In this document: piece after piece, positions 38,085 to 50,580 of the stretch
Numbering within the stretch: position 1 is the stretch's first letter
Layout of the letters: each line of letters starts with the position of its first letter
Assembly: GCA_024679065.1 (NCBI GenBank)
Contig: JAGIQG010000001.1
Coordinates: forward strand, 48,918,001 to 48,982,000
DNA length: 64,000 bases
DNA from: Sphyrna mokarran
Taxonomy: Eukaryota
Direction of reading: 5' to 3'
Translations under genes and position numbers: made by a program
The notes under the pieces: generated by a model
Databases searched by the model: none
What the model saw: only the letters and a program-made list of their open reading frames with translations
What the model was told of the DNA's origin: nothing

Positions 38085-38785
38085 AGTAAAAAGTCTCACA
38101 ACACCAGGTTAAAGTCCAACAGGTTTATCTAGCAGTATGAGCTTTCAGAGTGTTGCTCCTTTATCAAGTGAGTGAAAAGTTGCATTCACAAATAGGGCAT
38201 AGACACACACATATATTTAATTGCAAGATAATGGTCGGAATGCAAGTCTTTACAGGTCATCAAGTCTTTACCCTCGAGTATGACATGAACCCAAGATAAC
38301 ACCAGGTTTAAGTCCAACCGATTTATTTGATAGTAAACTCATAAGCTTTTGGGGTTTGTCCCTGACTTAAACCTGCTGTTGTCAGACTTCTTACTGTGTT
38401 TACCCCAATCCAATGCTGGCATCTCCACGTCATGAACCCAAAATCCCAGTTGAAGCCAGATTTTGAGTTCATGTCACATTACATGTAACCCCCACTATTT
38501 GGCCTGGGCTTACAAAATCCTACTAATTGTCCTGGCTTGAGATAATTCACACCTTTTTTAACCTGTCATTATCCCTCTTTCCACTTGCATTGTCTGTACC
38601 TGTGAAGATTTGATTATCTGTAAAGGCTTGCATTTCAACCATTATCTTGCAATTAAGTTTATATCTATATATGCTCTGTTTGTCAATCCAACGCTCCACT
38701 CATTGATGAAGGAGCAGTCCTCCGAAAGCTCATGTTGCCAAATAAATCTATTGGACTTTAATCTTGTGTCATGAGACTTCTCACT
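38085..38785. mobile_element. Inverted Penelope family-1 element containing a nested mini-element (38298-38431)
   Basis: 38085-38271 is an imperfect inverted copy of about 38600-38785; decayed hammerheads on both arms; inner element flanked by ATGAACCCAAGAT / ATGAACCCAAAAT. Confidence 0.8.
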
Positions 38786-39814
38786 TATTTTAAATGTTCA
38801 TTAAGATCAGCAGCAGATCTTCACAAGATCTAAGCAGAAGGGCCAGGATTAGTGACCTGCAGATAGCTTTCCTTTCTTGTTATTTCTATGACGATGTGGG
38901 GGTGACCCCTACATTTATCACTAAATTTTACTTCAACAATTACTTTCTTGCTGCATTTTCCCAGTGTATCTTCTCTCTGTGTAAACAAAAAATATTGACA
39001 CAACCATGAACCCTATTTAGAATACATGACCTTTACAGGTTAGATTTATATTATCTTTTTGCTTTCCCATTGGTGTTACTACCATATTGTGTCTGCAACA
39101 GGGGCAGTGCCAAAATGTAATGTAATTTTCAAAATATTCCCAGCACCAAATGCATCACTTTAGTTACATATTGTCAACAGCAAAGATAATATTGATTCTT
39201 AATTCAAAAGTTGATAAGTCTAACTTTTATTGCAGTCGGAACAAGCCATTATCCTTAGAAAATTCAGTTTTAGAGGCTGATTGTCTCATCAGTTCTTCTG
39301 AATCAATAAAAGTGTTACTGACAGTCCAAGACTGCTAAGTCATGTTCCACTCATGCAGTTAGGTATACATGGATAGAATTCCTCATTCACAACATAGCAC
39401 AGTAAACAGGCCCTTACTGCTTATTTTCACTTGAAGCAAGATTGGCAATGTGACATGTTTCTCAAGGCTTCGAGTCTCCAATCAGCTTTTTTCCTCGTAT
39501 CCAATTTTTTAAAAAACTAATAAATGAAAGCACTCTAGAAGTAATGAAGAAGAAAACACATTTTTTTATTTTTGCTAGAATGATTATTCTTTCCCCTGGG
39601 ATGCCCATAGTAACTTGAGTTTAATCTTCCATCCCTGGAGACTACCTATCAATCCTGGAGGGCTAGCAATCCTACTGTGCAGCAGCATCAAGGAACTAGA
39701 AAGATCTGGGGCAAACTTGGATTATGGGCTGGCAAGTAACTTATAGTTTTGACATGATTTTTGTTACAATTTCAACTTAACTGCACCCCATTTTAGATCA
39801 TTGAAACCATTCTG

Positions 39815-40250
39815 AAGAAGAACTTGCATTTATACAGCACTTTTTTAAAATGATCAATTGCTTCAAAGAAGAATTATAAAGCAGAATTTAACGCTGAGCT
39901 ATATATTGTCATAGATATTGTTGGTGTAGAGTCGATGGGCTGATGAGTTTTTTTCTATAATTTATTGGGAGAAATAATTAAATGCTCAATCAATGATGTA
40001 GATTTTGAGGATAGTCTTGAAGGAGAAAAGTAAGGTGGAAATATTGTGGCAGTGAATTCCAGAATTTGTAGGTAAAGGCATTATCAACAACGTTGGAATA
40101 GTTAAATCCAGGATGTTTAAGAGGCTATAATTAGAAGAGTACAGATATCTGAGAGTTTTATGCAGCTGGAGGATATTATTTGGAATGAAAGTTGCTCTAT
40201 GAGAGAAGAATTATAGGAGATGGGAAGTATTTTAAAGATGTGAGAAAAAG
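39815..40250 (-). mobile_element. L2-type LINE 3' end
   Basis: AACTTGCATTTATACAGCAC terminus; GTGAATTCCAGA. Confidence 0.55.
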
Positions 40251-40578
40251 CATCACACATTTAAGTGGCTAGGCTGAAGGTCACATTGGTAAGGGGAGAA
40301 TGAAATGTAATCTTAAAAAGCTTAGGAGAGAAATAATAGAGGGAACAAAAACTGTGATTTTCAGATTCACAATACCAGTGAGAAGCCAAGTTCCCTGGCA
40401 CCACATGATACAAATTATGGGCAAAGTGCCAACAATTTAACAGATGGAAGATCATGGGTGGTATGCCCACAAATTTCCAATATAAGCGACTGTGTGTGAT
40501 CATAGTCATTGGTAACACGAACTCAGAAAATTATCCCAAAATGAAAAAAATTAGTAATTACAGATGGTATGAAATGTT

Positions 40579-41650
40579 GGCCATGATTCTCCCTAAAGTG
40601 CTGAATTGGTGGGAGAACTGTTCTAAATCTGGACTGTTCTATTATTTCAGCTTCTCATCTGAATCTCCGCACTCTGTGCATTGAAGACGTCCCTATCTTG
40701 AATCTCATTAAAAACCTAGAGGGGCATGGGGCCTATTTGCACTGGAGTTTGACAGTTCTGGAGCTCTGTGCATGCACAGTGGCTCCAAATTATCAACCTC
40801 CTGTTTACTGGCCAGCTCAATTGCTGGCCAGCCTAGGATCATCGCAGTGCTGCCCCTGCAGGCCCACCGCAGTCCGATCGCGGGCTCCACAGAAATTCCC
40901 AGGCCAGTCTTGACCGCCCCTGTCCTGAGCACTCCGATGTTCAGGCCCCACTCCTGAGCAGTGACATTCCGCCTTACCCTGGCAGACTCACTGACCTCAC
41001 CCGGGGCCAGACCTCTCCTCTGAAAACATGCTCGTCACACTCAACCTGCCCCAGTTGCTGCCTCCCTCTATCCCAGACCTACTCTGTCTGCAGAATGGAA
41101 GCAGGACCTCCCTGATCACCCCTAGACCCTGCCCCATTGGCACTGCCTGATGCTTGATGGGCAGTGCCAAGGTGACCCTTAGGCATGAGCACTTTGCTCC
41201 TTGGGCAGTGCCAGGAGGCACAGGCTGGCATTGCCAGGATGTCCATACCCAGGAGACATCACTCCCTTGCTGCTTGACCTCCTGGGGGTCCAGATGGCTC
41301 CCAGTTCACTCCGGTGGAATTTCTTGCTCGTTCTCTGAACATGGGGAGCTAGTCTGAACCCTGCCAGAAAGAAGTACTCCTGGTGGAGTAGGAGATTCAA
41401 TTGGGACCTGAAAGGTCCTGATAATTAACTAATATGCACATGTAAAACAGATTAAAAACAGATTTAAATGACTTACCTGCCTTCCCGCTGGTTTCAACAT
41501 GGTCTGACCGGTGGCTGTTTGTCAGTTCTGGGAAATGCACTTGCATTCCCAGTGTATGTGCAAATCCCTGTTCAAGGCCACCAATGCGCAACGCTCCTCT
41601 CACTGCAACCCCACAGAAAAGTTGCGTGTTGCGATGGGAGAATCGCGGCC
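40579..41650. mobile_element. GC-rich non-autonomous TIR element (PIF/Harbinger-like MITE)
   Basis: TIRs GGCCATGATTCTCCC / GGGAGAATCGCGGCC (13 of 15 match); no clear TSD. Confidence 0.55.
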
Positions 41651-43089
41651 ATTATAATTTTTCTTTAAAATATTGTTTTAGTAATGTAGTAATTTACAAT
41701 TCATTTTACTGTAATGAACCTACTTGTGATGGCTGATTAGCCGTATTATTGTAATATTAAATCTTTTTTCAGCATCACAGTGTGCACTGGAGCAAAGAAA
41801 ACGTGTTTAAATTTTAAGTTTTTATTTAAGTTTATTTATTTGTGTCACAAGTAGAGTTACATTAACATGGCAATGATGTTACGGTGAAAAGCCTCTGTTG
41901 ACCCAAGAGGGACAGGAATCTCCTTGAATTTTATATTGAAGAGGCAGTTCAATAATAGCATTGAAGAACTGGTAGTATTAACAATATAATGTCAATTTTC
42001 CTATCTTTTCCAGGGAATAATGATGCAAGTTTGGTGGTTATGGCTTCTCATGCCATGTGGCAATGGCCAAGTAAACTTGTTATAGGCCTGATTATGGCAG
42101 ATAAAAAGAGGCCAGTTGGAATTTCCCAGTTGGTCTCCAGTTTCCCACACTAGTGTGAGTCGCTTTAAATGCCAAGAGGTGGGCATACAACTGCAGGACA
42201 GGGGACCAGCTACAATCCTCCATATAAAGGATTTCACCCTCACAGTGGTGGTCTGGCTGTTTCATCTAATTTTACTTAAAAATGTAAAGGAGGTAGTGAG
42301 AGTGCATCTTCATGTTGAAATGTTCTCTCTGTTACTTAACTTCTCAAGCAGGAAGGTCCCTGATTAACCTGCCAATTTCGATAGTCCATCCATGCCTTTG
42401 ATTAGATGGAGAACTGGTCTCCAAGCCAAATAAAGGGCTGCCCTTCTGTAGTTGCAACTGTTTCTTCCTGAGGTGGGATTAAGCTTGGCCGCTGTTTCGC
42501 ACTGCTGGCATCTACTTGCCGCTGCTGCAGCTTTATTAATGGTAGGGAAGGCATTGGCTAGGCTACTTGCCTGTGCGCCAATTGAGGCTGTTATGTGGCC
42601 AGTTAATGTGGCCACTTAAAGATCTCTCTCTTTCATATCTGGGATTTTACTGATGAAGATAGGGAGTATTGGGGAAAGCACATGGGGAAGGGAGGGAATG
42701 GTGGGAGGCAGGGGGTTGTTGGTGACCAGCAATGTCAGGTCTGTGTCTGGGCAATGGTGAAGTGGGGTGACCTCTTCTTTGGCTCCCAATGCCTGCTGGA
42801 GCAGCCTCATCCCTCCCCCTTCCCAACACTTCCCTCTGCACACTTCCCTTTTCCTCCTGCTCTATCTACATCAGGCCTCACCCAATTGGCAAGGCATTTA
42901 GCCTGACTCTAGATTTATCTCACAACCTGGTCCCCATTGCAGCAGACATCCATTAGCTGTCACAGCTCTCCAAGGATGAGCTTTCTTCTTTCCAGAGGCT
43001 GGGAGTCCCACCTCAAACCAAATGTAGCCTGACGAGGCACCAACAGCATGAAGTTCATCCTTAAGATGGCAACGTAGATTAACGTTGCT

Positions 43090-43375
43090 AAAACACTGAG
43101 GGTCAATAAACTGAAGCCCATTTATCATCTCAAGTGGATTTGAAAGATCCCTTGGAGCTTTTTAAAGAACAGCAGCAAGTTCTCACATTTAGCCCTCAAT
43201 CACCATCATTGAAATAGATGTTCTATTCTCTGTCTCATTAATGTTTCTGGATCCTTGCTGAAATTGATTGTCACAGTTCCCTACATTACAACAGTAATAC
43301 ACTGCAAAGATCTTAAATCGGCTATAAAGGACTTAGGAATGTGCTAAGGTTATAAAAATTGCTATGCAAATATTG
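43090..43375 (+). mobile_element. Deu-domain SINE (SacSINE1/AmnSINE-like)
   Basis: AAAGATCCC...TTTAGCCCTCAATCACCATCA...TTCCCTACATTACAACAGT. Confidence 0.65.
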
Positions 43376-43736
43376 AACATGTGTATATGCCACAACTCCT
43401 TTAATTCAAAAAATTACTAATATATCACTGCAGTATTTACATTTGCAAACAAGTTTAAAGTGACTGTTTGATTCCATTTACCAAAAACATATGCAGTTAT
43501 TTTCTTATGTATTCTGATGCAAATAACAGCCCATTAGCCATAAAATTCATTATCAGAAAACCAGAGCTGCTACAACCAGAAGTTATTAGTCCCTGGTGAA
43601 ATATTATTAAACTGCTGCAAAATATTAGCTCAGCTTCCTCACATCATTAGCCTGATTAACTCCTTACTTGCTAATGCCTCAGCAAGCAAATGGAGCAGAA
43701 TGAGTTAATAGAAACAGAACATAAACTAATAGACAT

Positions 43737-44180
43737 GAGGCGTCGCAGTGGTAGAGTGGTTAGCACTGCTGCCTCACAGCACCAGAGATCCAAGTTCAAT
43801 TCAAGCCTCGGGTGACTGTGGCTGGAACTCTACCACCTCGCCTGTTGCGGGATTGGTGAAGGCAAGGATCCGACAACAGAAATCCCTCGGATAGGAATTT
43901 CCAGTCTTGCCCGAGGGAGACCATAAAATCTTGCCCCATTTGTGTGGAATTTGCACCTTCTCCCTTGTCTGCATGGGTTTCCTCTGGGTTTCCTTTGGTT
44001 TCCTCCCAGGGTCCAAAAATGTACAGATTAGGTGGATTGTCCATGCTAAATTGGCCCTTATTGTCAGGGGAATTAGCAGCTTAAATGTGTAGGGTCACAG
44101 GAATAGAGCTTGGGATAGTTTTCAGTGAGGTTTGATGCGCCAAATGCTCTCCTTCTGCAGTATAGAGATTCTGATTCTAT
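43737..44180 (+). mobile_element. V-SINE type A with a ~117-bp MITE-like insert (43820-43936)
   Basis: SINE reads GGGTGACTGT | insert | TTTGTGTGGAATTTGCAC. Confidence 0.8.
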
Positions 44181-44227
44181 CTGATGTAATCTTAATTTTC
44201 ACTTTACAATAATTCCTTAAAAGAATT

Positions 44228-44728
44228 ATTATAAGAAAGATGTGGAGGCATTGGAGAGGGTACAGAGGAGGTTTACCAGGATGTTGCCTGGTATGGAAGG
44301 CAGGTCTTATGAAGAGAGGCTGAGGGATTTGAGGGTGTTTTCGTTAGAAAGAAGGCGGCTAAGAGGAGACCTTATTGAAACATATAAGATGATTAGAGAT
44401 TTAGATAGGGTGGACAGTGATAGCCTTTTTCCTAGGATGGAGAAAGCTAGCACGAGGGGACACAGCTTTAAATTAAGGTGTGGTAGTTATAGGACGGATG
44501 TCAGAGGTAGGTTCTTTACCCAGAGGGTGGTAAGGGTATGGAATGCCTGCCTGCTGCAGTTGTAGATGCGCCAAGTTTGGTGGCGTTTAAGAGGTTAGTA
44601 GATAAGTTTATGGATGAAAAGGGAATGGTCTAGGTTAGAGGGTCACTGCTTGTTCCTAATTGGTCGGCGCAACATCGAAGGCCGAAGGGCCTGTTCTGCA
44701 CTGTAATGTTCTATGTTCTATGTTCTAT
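44228..44728 (+). mobile_element. Young CR1 3' end
   Basis: ORF 44242-44565 is nearly identical to the ORF2 C-terminus at 49154; TATAAG at both junctions; (TTCTATG)n tail. Confidence 0.92.
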
Positions 44729-45404
44729 AAGTACTGGATAGTACGGTCATTTAATACCTTGCCTTGTGAGCTGGTTTCCAATAGAATGGTACTGATATAT
44801 TTTCCTGATTGTTTATAGCAATCTGATTGTGTAGTTTCAAAATGTTTCTTAAAGGATAATTGTCCAAGATAAAAGCGGAAGCTTGTTAAATTGTTATCTT
44901 ACATAGAAAGATGAAAAGATATTTTGTGCGTGAAGTGAAGGGACATGGGGAACAGTTGCTGACTTGTTGCTGCATTGTTTGGCCAGTGTAGCAGAAGCTT
45001 TACGTTGTGTGAAATCTGATGCTTCAAATACCCAACATTAACATCCTGCATTCCAGAGCACAAACATTTGCTAGAGATCTAAATCAAGAAGGGGCACTAA
45101 TGGAGAGACTTCTTCTTAATAGAATTGAGTGATATGCAATTTAAATGACACTTATTTTTTAAATGTTGTTCTCGTGCATATTATGCTTTAACATCAGGAT
45201 ATCAAAAGAAGGCAAGAAGCCTGCAGAGATGCTAATAATAACCTTTGAAACCTGTCATGATTTAAGAATAGTGCCATTGCATTGGAAAATCATGAGCACT
45301 ATCTTTCGCACCAACAGGATCGATGCTGCCGATTGTGCACCCCCGCTCTGTGTTTCCCGGTGGAGTGGGATGGGCTCAGTGGGAAATCAGACCACAAGGT
45401 TTCA

Positions 45405-45727
45405 AAGGAACATCAACAGTCAGGGAGCAAAACTGTGGCAAATGGAGTTCAATGTGAGCAAGTGTGAGGTCATCTACTTTGCATCCAAGAAAATCTAATC
45501 AGATCATTTCCAAAGTAGTGATACATTGGGAAGTGTAAAGAAGCAAGGAGATTTCGGAATCTGTGTACAATTAAACAGTAAAGCTAGTGAACTACAAAAA
45601 AAGTAATCAAAAAGCCAATTGAATCTTGCTGGAATTCAAGAGAGCAGAAGTATTCTACTTGTAATCAGCCTTGTTCAAGTCTCTAAGAATGATATGTTGG
45701 ATATGGAGGGACTGCTTTTCAGATTTT
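45405..45727 (+). mobile_element. Old CR1 RT fragment
   Basis: AKLWQMEFNVSKCEVIYF. Confidence 0.7.
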
Positions 45728-45733
45728 CCTCCA

Positions 45734-46186
45734 TACCAGGATGTTGACTGGTATGGAGGGCAGGTCTTATGAAGAGAGGGTGAGGGATTTGAGGTTGTTT
45801 TTGTTAGAAAGGAGGCGGCTAAGAGGGGACCTTATCGAAACATATAAGATGATTAGAGGTTTAGATAGGGTGGACAGTGATAGCCTTTTTCCTAGGATGG
45901 AGAAAGCTAGCACGAGGGGACACAGCTTTAAATTAAGGGGTGATAGTTATAGGACGGATATCAGAGGTAGGTTCTTTACCCAAAGGGTGGTTCGGGAGTG
46001 GAATGCCCTGCCTGCAGCAGTTGTAGATGCGCCAAGTTTGGTGGCGTTTAAGAGGTTAGTTGATAAGTATATGGAAGAGAAGGAAGTGGTTTAGTTTGGA
46101 GGGGCATTGCTTTTTATATTGGTCGGCGCAACATCGAAGGCTGAAGGGCCTGTTCTGTGCTGTAATGTTCTATGTTCTATGTTCTA
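45734..46186 (+). mobile_element. Young CR1 3' end with a fold-back 5' junction
   Basis: ORF 45741-46094; (TTCTATG)n tail. Confidence 0.92.
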
Positions 46187-46188
46187 TT

Positions 46189-48500
46189 TATAGAAACATA
46201 GAAACTAGAAGTAAGAGTAGGCCATTTGGCCCTTTGAGCCTGCTCTGCTATTCATTATGATCATGGTTGATCATCAAATCCTATATCCTGATCCGTCCTA
46301 CCCTGCTTCCCATACCCCCCCCCCCCCTAATATCCCATGATCTCTTTAGTTCCAAGAACTAAATTTAATTTTTTCTTGAAATCAGGCGACATTTATGCCT
46401 CAATTACATTCTGCGGTAGTGAATTCCACATATTCACCACCCTCTGGGTGAAGAAATTTAAAGTTAAAGTTCGTTTTAATAGTCACAAGTAGGCTTACAT
46501 TCACACTGCAATGAAGTTACAGTGAAAGTCTCCTAGTCACCACACTCCGGTGCCTGTTTGGGTGCACTGAAAGGGAATTTAACATGACCAATGCACCTAA
46601 CCAGCATGTCTTTGGACTGTGGGAAGAAACTGGAGTGTCTGGAGGAAATGCACGCAGACAGAGAGAGAACATGCCGACTTCACACAAACAGTGACCTGAG
46701 GCCGCAATGGAACCTGGGTCCCTGGCGCTGTGAGGCAGCAGTGCTAGTTAGCCACTGTGCCACCGTGAGAAATTTCTCCTCACCTCAGTTCATAGAAATC
46801 ATACAATGCAGAAGAAGGCCATTTGGCCCTTTGAGTCTTCACAGACAACAATCGCACCCCAGAACCTATACCACAACCCCACACATTTAACCTGCTAATC
46901 CCTCTAACCTATGCATCTTAGGAGACTATGGCCAATTTGGCTTGGCCAATCATTACAACACGCACATCTTAGGACTGCAGGAGGAAACTGGAACTCCCAA
47001 AGGAAACCCACACAGAAATGGGGAGAATGTGCAAACTCCACACAAACAGTGACCCAAGACAGGAATCGAACCTGGGTCCCTGGAGCTGTGCCACTATGTT
47101 GTTCTAAAATTTGATTTGATTTCATTTCATTTATTATTGTCACGTGAAAATTATTGTTTCTTGCATGCTACATAGACAAAGCATATCATTCGTAGAGAAG
47201 GAAATGAAAGAGTGCTGAATGTAGTGTTACACTCATAGTAGGGCATAGAGAAAGATCAACTTAATGCAAGATAAGTCCATTCAGAAATCTGACAGCAGTA
47301 GGGAAGAAGTTGTTCTTGAGTCTGCTGGTACATGACCTCAGACTTTTGTATCATTTTCCTGACAGAAGAAGGTGGAAGAGAGAATGTCCAGGGTGCATGG
47401 GTCCTTAATTATGCTGGCTGCTTTACTGAGGCAGGAGGAATTGTAGACAGAGTCAATAGGTGGGAGCTGGTTTGCATAATGGATTGGCTACAATCACGAT
47501 CTTCTGTAGTAATTGCGATCTTGGACAGAGCAGGAACCATACCAAGCTGTGATACAACCAGAAATAATACTTCCTATGGTGCATCTGTAAAAGTTGGTGA
47601 GAGTCATAGCTAACTTGCCAAATTTCCTTAGTTTTCTGAGGAAGTAGAGACGTTGATGGGCTTTAACTATAATGTTGGCATGGGGGGACCAGGACAAGTT
47701 GTTGGTGATCTGGACACCTAAAAACTTGAAGTTCTCGACCCTTTCTACTTCATCTCCATTGATATGTATGCTCCCCTTTACGCTTCCTGAAATTGATGAC
47801 AAGTTCCTTCATTTTGTTGATATTGCGGGAGAGATTATTGTTGTAGCACCAGTCCATCAGATTCTCTATCTCATTCCTGTCCTCTGTCTCCTCATTGTTT
47901 GAGATCTGATCCACTATGGTGGTGTTGTTAGCAAACTTGAAAATCGAATTGGAGGGGAATTTGGCCACACAATTATAGGTCTATAAGGAGTATCGTAGGG
48001 AGCTGAGAACACAGCCTTGTGGGGCACTGGTGTTGAGGATGATTGTGAAAGAGGCCTATCCTTACTGATTGTGGTCTGTGTGTTAAGAGGTTCAGGATCC
48101 AGTTGCAGAAAGAGATGCCAAAACATTTATCCCTTATCCTCAAATCATGACCCTTAGTTCTGGACACCTACCATTGGGAACATTCTTCCTGAATCTACTC
48201 TTTGTATCCCTGTTTTATATGTTTCTATGACATCCATTCTCACTCTTCTAAACTCCAGTAAATATGATCCTCACCAACTTAGTCTACTCTTATAGACTGA
48301 GTTGCCATCCCAGGAATCAATTTTCGCTCTACCCCTTCTATAACAAGAAAATCCATTTTCAGATAAGGACACCAAAGTTGTATACAATACTCTAGATGTG
48401 ACCTCACCAATGGCTTATACAATTGCAATAAAACACTTCTATTGCTATACTCAAATCTTCTCGCTATGAAGGCCAGCATACAATCAGCCTGCTATACCTG
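46189..48500 (-). mobile_element. Old CR1 3' region split by V-SINE B (46459-46765), V-SINE A (46790-47098) and Rex1
   Basis: MLAFIARRFEYSNRSVLLQLYKPLVRSHLEYC at 48279-48479; pieces rejoin collinearly; AGAAATTT duplicated around the first SINE. Confidence 0.75.
47111..48115 (-). mobile_element. Rex1/Babar LINE RT and 3' end
   Basis: IFKFANNTTIV (decayed FADD), FKFLGVQITNNLSW, KAHQRLYFLRKLRKF, LTNFYRCTI; (AATCA)n tail. Confidence 0.85.
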
Positions 48501-48524
48501 CATTATCAAAATGGTATTCATCCA

Positions 48525-48610
48525 AAAGCAATGTACTACAGATGCTGGAAATCTGAAATAAAACAATGAAATACAGGAAAACCTCAGCAACTCAGGCAGC
48601 ATCTATGAGG
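48525..48610 (-). mobile_element. Penelope family-2 terminal fragment
   Basis: CAGATGCTGGAAATCTGAAATAAAAC...GGCAGCATCT; a similar fragment lies at 63545-63615. Confidence 0.55.
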
Positions 48611-49062
48611 ATGAGCAGAATTTTCCCTTCCAAGACTAAGAGCAGAATTCTCCTTTTTGTCTGAGAATGGTGTACGTGGATCTGATGGTGCTGTTCCCAA
48701 TAGCCTGAATGAGTGGACTCGTGCCTGATTCAGCTCTTGGAGCCTTATTAATTATTCACAAGCAAGCATTTTTCTGAGCATCCTGCAGGCTGAAGGCTGA
48801 GAGCTAGCGGATTCGAGGGTCTGGACACCATATCTAAACTCCAGTCTAGCATGCTCTTGTCACTCCCTCCAGCCTGCCTGTTGCCAGGAGGCCTTGCACT
48901 GATCTGGAATCCAGAAGCAAAAGGTTAGAAAGGCAACAATAAAAAGAAATTAAAATTAACTACAATAATGGTTGTCTCAACAGTATGTTTAAATTGTACA
49001 GATACAGCATTCTGAGTGAAGACATTTCTACTCATCTCAGTTCTAAATAGCCTACCCCATAT

Positions 49063-50580
49063 AGAACATAGAACATAGAACAATACAGCACAGAACAGGC
49101 CCTTCGGCCTTCGATGTTGTGCCGACCAAAATAAAAAGCAATGCCCCTCCAAACTAAACCATTCCCTTCTCTTCCATATACTTATCAATTAACCTCTTAA
49201 ACGCCACCAAACTTGGCGCATCTACAACAGCTGCAGGCAGGGCATTCCACTCCCTAATCACTCTTTGAGTAAAGAACCTACCTCTGATATCCGTCCTATA
49301 ACTCATACCCCTTAATTTAAAGCTGTGTCCCCTCGTGCTAGCTTTCTCCATCCTAGGAAAAAGGCTATCGCTGTCCACCCTATCTAAACCTCTAATCATC
49401 TTATATGCTTCAATAAGATCCCCTCTTAGCCGCCTCCTTTCTAACGAAAACAACCTCAAATCCTTCAACCTCTCTTCATAGGACCTGCCCTCCATACCAG
49501 GCAACATCCTGGTAAACCTCCTCTGTACCCTCTCCAATGCCTCCACATCTTTCTTATAATGTGGCGACCAGAACTGCACACAATACTCCAAGTGCGGCCG
49601 CACTAGAGTTTTGTACAGTTGCAACATGATGCTGCGGCTCCTAAATTCAATCCCCCTACCAATAAAAGCTAAGACTCCATAAGCCTTCTTAACAACTTTA
49701 TCCACTTGACTGCCTACTTTCAGGGATCTATTGACGCATACACCAAGATCCTTCTGTTCCTCAACACTATTAAGAGCCCTACCATTAGCCCTATACTCTA
49801 CACATTTATTGTTCCTGCCAAAGTGCATTACCTCACACTTTTCCACATTAAACTCCATTTGCCACCTCTCGGCCCAGCTCTGCAACTTGTCCAAGTCACT
49901 CTGTAAACTAAAACACCCCTCTTCACTATCTACCACACCACCAACTTTAGTATCATCTGCAAATTTACTGATCCATCCCTCAATACCCTCATCCAGATCA
50001 TTTATAAAAATTACAAACAGCAGGGGCCCCAAAACAGACCCCTGAGGCACACCACTTGTCACCGAACTCCACGATGAATATCTCCCATCAACCACCACCC
50101 TCTGTCTTCTATCTGCCAGCCAATTCCTAATCCAATTAGCTAAATCACCCTCTATTCCACACATCTGCATTTTCTGTAGAAGTCTTCCATGGGCCACCTT
50201 ATCAAACGCCTTACTAAAGTCCATATATACTACATCAACCGCCTTACCCCCATCCACCTCTCTGGTCACTTTCTCAAAAAACTCAATGAGGTTAGTAAGG
50301 CATGACCTACCCTTCACGAAACCATGCTGACTATCCCCAATCAATTCATTTCTCTCTAAATAACTATAAATCCTATCCCTAATAATTCTCTCCAATACCT
50401 TGCCCACAACAGAAGTAAGACTCACTGGCCTATAATTCCCTGGAAGGTCTCTCTTCCCCTTCTTAAACAATGGGACCACATTCGCTATCCTCCAGTCCTC
50501 CGGAACCACACCCGTAACCAACGAGGACCTGAAGATCAGAGACAGAGGCTCTGCAATCTCCTCTCTTGCCTCCCAGAGAA
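49063..50580 (-). mobile_element. Young 5'-truncated CR1 with an uninterrupted RT domain, nested in an older CR1; ATAT TSD
   Basis: NYRPVSLTS, QHGF, DFSKAFDKV, PQGSVLGP and KFADDTK in one open frame to the stop at 49154; ATAT at 49059-49062 and 50581-50584. Confidence 0.95.

Noticed and set aside
40698-41668. Cluster of overlapping GC-rich ORFs or a CpG-island promoter
   Set aside because: Lies within a TIR-bounded non-autonomous element; CpGs are largely decayed and no transposase motif is visible.
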